Shown piece by piece: positions 44,292-46,365 of a stretch of DNA of 46,365 nt. The first letter of the stretch is position 1, and every line of letters starts with the position of its first letter. The stretch lies in NCBI GenBank assembly GCA_024274705.1, contig JAJSAL010000044.1:1-46365 (forward strand), written 5' to 3'. A program made the position numbers and the translations under genes. The DNA is from Spirochaetota bacterium. Lineage in GTDB: Bacteria > Spirochaetota > Spirochaetia > SPDA01 > JAJSAL01. The notes below the pieces were generated by a model, which worked only from the letters and a program-made list of their open reading frames with translations, did no database searches and had not been told where the DNA came from.

Positions 44292-45523
44292 TCAGTTCCG
44301 AAGAAAAGATTCTTATTGAAGCTGTTGACCGGGATGAACTGATCGAACTAACCAGGAACCTGGTGCGAATCGATTCGGTTATCCGGCCGGAAACGGGGAA
44401 CACCGAAAAAGAGACGGTTCGGTTTATCGCGGAATGGATCGAAGAGGAGTTGGGTGTTCCCGCGGTTGTCGAAGAAGTGGAACCGGGACGGGAGAATGTC
44501 AGTGCTCTCATTGACTCCGGCAGACAAGGCAGATGTCTCCTCCTGGAAGGACATACCGATGTGGTTTCCGAGGGGGATCATTCTCTGTGGAAACACCCTC
44601 CATTCGAAGCTGTCATGGAACATGGAAGAATATACGGCCGGGGTTCCTGCGACATGAAAGGAGGCCTTGCGGTGAACCTTATCACAGGGAAAGCCCTCCT
44701 TCGGAGTGGTGTCCCCTTTTCCGGAAAACTAAAACTTGCCATTGTCTGCGATGAAGAAGGCATGATGATCGGTATTAAGGACTACATCCGGAAAGGCCAC
44801 GCAGATGGGGTGGATGCAGCCCTGCTGTCCGAACCGGAGGAAAACCAGCTCTGCCTGAGCATGAAAGGGGCCATCCGGGCCCTGGTGAGGGTCAATGGGA
44901 GAATGGCCCACGGAGCCATGCCCAGGACAGGCATCAATCCCGCCACCAGGCTGGCGCGAATCATCCTGGCATACGAACGCTACGAGACAGAGGAAATATC
45001 CCGCTGCGGTGAAGACCCGTTTTTAGGATTTCCTTCTATCACCTTTACCGTCATTCACGCACCTCCCCCTGGAGAACCGGCCCAGCTCAATGTGATGCCC
45101 GGTACAGCTACAGGATATCTGGATATACGTACCGTACCCGCCCAGAATCACCACGATATCCGAACACGGCTCAAGGAAATTCTCACAGAACTCGCAGAGA
45201 GCGATCCTGATTTTTCGGCGGAAATTGATTTTATCGAAGACCGGCCCGTTGTCTCTATGGAAAAAACAGAACCCATAGTACAGTATGCGAAAGGAGCCTA
45301 CAGGGACATAACAGGTAAAGCGCCTGTTTACAACGGGGTCCCCGGTGCTACGGACGGAACCTTTTTACGGGCATGGAGAGGGATTCCTTCCCTGGTAAAC
45401 GGACCGGGTCCGCGGCATATGCCCCACCGGACGGATGAATATATCGATACCGATGAATTATACGAAGCGGCCTGTATCTATGTTCTTACCGCTTACCGGT
45501 TCTTGAGCGGGGATTCGGCATAA
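44288..45523 (+). CDS. M20-family metallo-amidohydrolase (ArgE/DapE/carnosinase/beta-alanine-synthase family).
   Basis: LLLEGHTDVV and DMKGGLA metal-ligand motifs. Its start overlaps the panE stop (ATGA). Confidence 0.75.
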   Translation: MISSEEKILIEAVDRDELIELTRNLVRIDSVIRPETGNTEKETVRFIAEWIEEELGVPAVVEEVEPGRENVSALIDSGRQGRCLLLEGHTDVVSEGDHSLWKHPPFEAVMEHGRIYGRGSCDMKGGLAVNLITGKALLRSGVPFSGKLKLAIVCDEEGMMIGIKDYIRKGHADGVDAALLSEPEENQLCLSMKGAIRALVRVNGRMAHGAMPRTGINPATRLARIILAYERYETEEISRCGEDPFLGFPSITFTVIHAPPPGEPAQLNVMPGTATGYLDIRTVPAQNHHDIRTRLKEILTELAESDPDFSAEIDFIEDRPVVSMEKTEPIVQYAKGAYRDITGKAPVYNGVPGATDGTFLRAWRGIPSLVNGPGPRHMPHRTDEYIDTDELYEAACIYVLTAYRFLSGDSA

Positions 45524-45531
45524 ACAAGGAG

Positions 45532-46308
45532 TTGATCATGCTGTTAGCGGTTGATATCGGGAATACCAATATCGTCATAGGCATCTATGACCAGGGCACA
45601 TGGAAGCATCATTGGCGTATCCGTACTGTCCAGGAAAAGATGCCCGACGAGTACCGGGTTCTGTTTCGTCATTTCCTGCACGAAGCCGGCCTGGAACTTG
45701 ATTCTCCGGATCAGGTGTATATTTCCAGCGTTGTCCCTCCCCTTACCGGTGGGATAAGTCAGATGCTGGGAGAACAGACAAAAAACGTTCCGGTTATCAT
45801 CAACCATACAATCAATACGGGTCTCTCCTTTGCCGTAGATAATCCGGCGGAGGTGGGACCGGACCTGATAGCAGACGCTGTGGCTGCCCATTCCCGGTTC
45901 AACGATGCATGCATCATCGTCGACTTCGGAACCGCTACGACCCTTACGGCGGTAACCGGGAAGCTCGAGTTCTTAGGTGTAGCCATAGCACCGGGAATGG
46001 GACTCTCCGCAGCCGCCCTTGCAGGCAACACGGCCCAGCTTCCCAACATCGACATATCACCTCCGGCGAAATGCATCGGCAGGAATACGCCGGAATCCAT
46101 TCAATCCGGGATCGTTCTTGGCAACCTGAGCATGGTGGAAGGAATGATAGACAGGATGCGGAAAGAGATGGGCACCGAAGCTAAAGCTATTGCTACAGGC
46201 GGACTTGCGCCACTGATGGCTCCCCTTACTGATTACTTCTCGGCAATCGATCCATGGCTTACCCTGGAAGGGATACGCCTGATAGCTCTGAAAAACCGAC
46301 GAGGATAA
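45532..46308 (+). CDS. coaX: Type III pantothenate kinase.
   Basis: MLLAVDIGNTNIVIGIY is the CoaX/Baf signature N-terminus, ~255 aa. Confidence 0.85.
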   Translation: MIMLLAVDIGNTNIVIGIYDQGTWKHHWRIRTVQEKMPDEYRVLFRHFLHEAGLELDSPDQVYISSVVPPLTGGISQMLGEQTKNVPVIINHTINTGLSFAVDNPAEVGPDLIADAVAAHSRFNDACIIVDFGTATTLTAVTGKLEFLGVAIAPGMGLSAAALAGNTAQLPNIDISPPAKCIGRNTPESIQSGIVLGNLSMVEGMIDRMRKEMGTEAKAIATGGLAPLMAPLTDYFSAIDPWLTLEGIRLIALKNRRG

Positions 46309-46365
46309 CAGCGGGGGCGGGACGCCATACCCATAACTATCCAGGGAGCGTTATTCCGTCAGACA

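Overview
This 46.4-kb window is densely coding chromosomal DNA from an anaerobe. The gene content suggests a spirochete-like organism, but that is inference only: the window has a CTD-less ParC/ParE pair, a type III pantothenate kinase, ferredoxin-dependent 2-oxoacid oxidoreductases, a giant BadF/BcrA-type activase-dehydratase fusion, and no tRNA, rRNA, CRISPR or obvious mobile elements. From left to right it contains: (i) a MoxR AAA+ / DUF58 / TgpA-like transglutaminase membrane protein / PQQ-propeller lipoprotein operon, in which the TgpA-like reading frame is broken by a single in-frame TAA. (ii) A ROK-regulated ABC sugar-uptake locus with an AGE-family epimerase and three URO-D/MtaA-like (zinc methyltransferase-fold) proteins, one of them truncated. 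(iii) A stand-alone secreted tandem-repeat protein with a clear sigma70 promoter and intrinsic terminator. (iv) An SPFH-SHOCT protein paired with an unusual membrane protein carrying two (Tim44-like + zinc-ribbon) units and a TerB-like tail. (v) The 1373-aa activase/dehydratase fusion, behind a ~525-nt leader. (vi) A 691-aa orphan, a DUF456 protein and parE-parC. (vii) A radical-SAM/SPASM enzyme co-transcribed with a thioredoxin-thioredoxin-reductase fusion. (viii) An ArsM-like methyltransferase with a MarR regulator. (ix) Two convergent, paralogous four-subunit 2-oxoacid:ferredoxin oxidoreductase operons, one with fused beta-gamma and the other preceded by panB. (x) A tightly overlapped DmpA-like peptidase / panE / M20 amidohydrolase / coaX operon. 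Several gene remnants (MCP 3' end, MFS 5' end, truncated URO-D-like gene, a start-less coding-like frame) point to ongoing gene decay. The candidates most worth follow-up are the peptidase-pantothenate operon, which may be a beta-alanine supply route, the SPFH/Tim44/TerB pair, the radical-SAM + dedicated Trx-TrxR module, and the MtaA-like enzymes embedded in a sugar locus. All family assignments rest on motif recognition by eye; I ran no database search.
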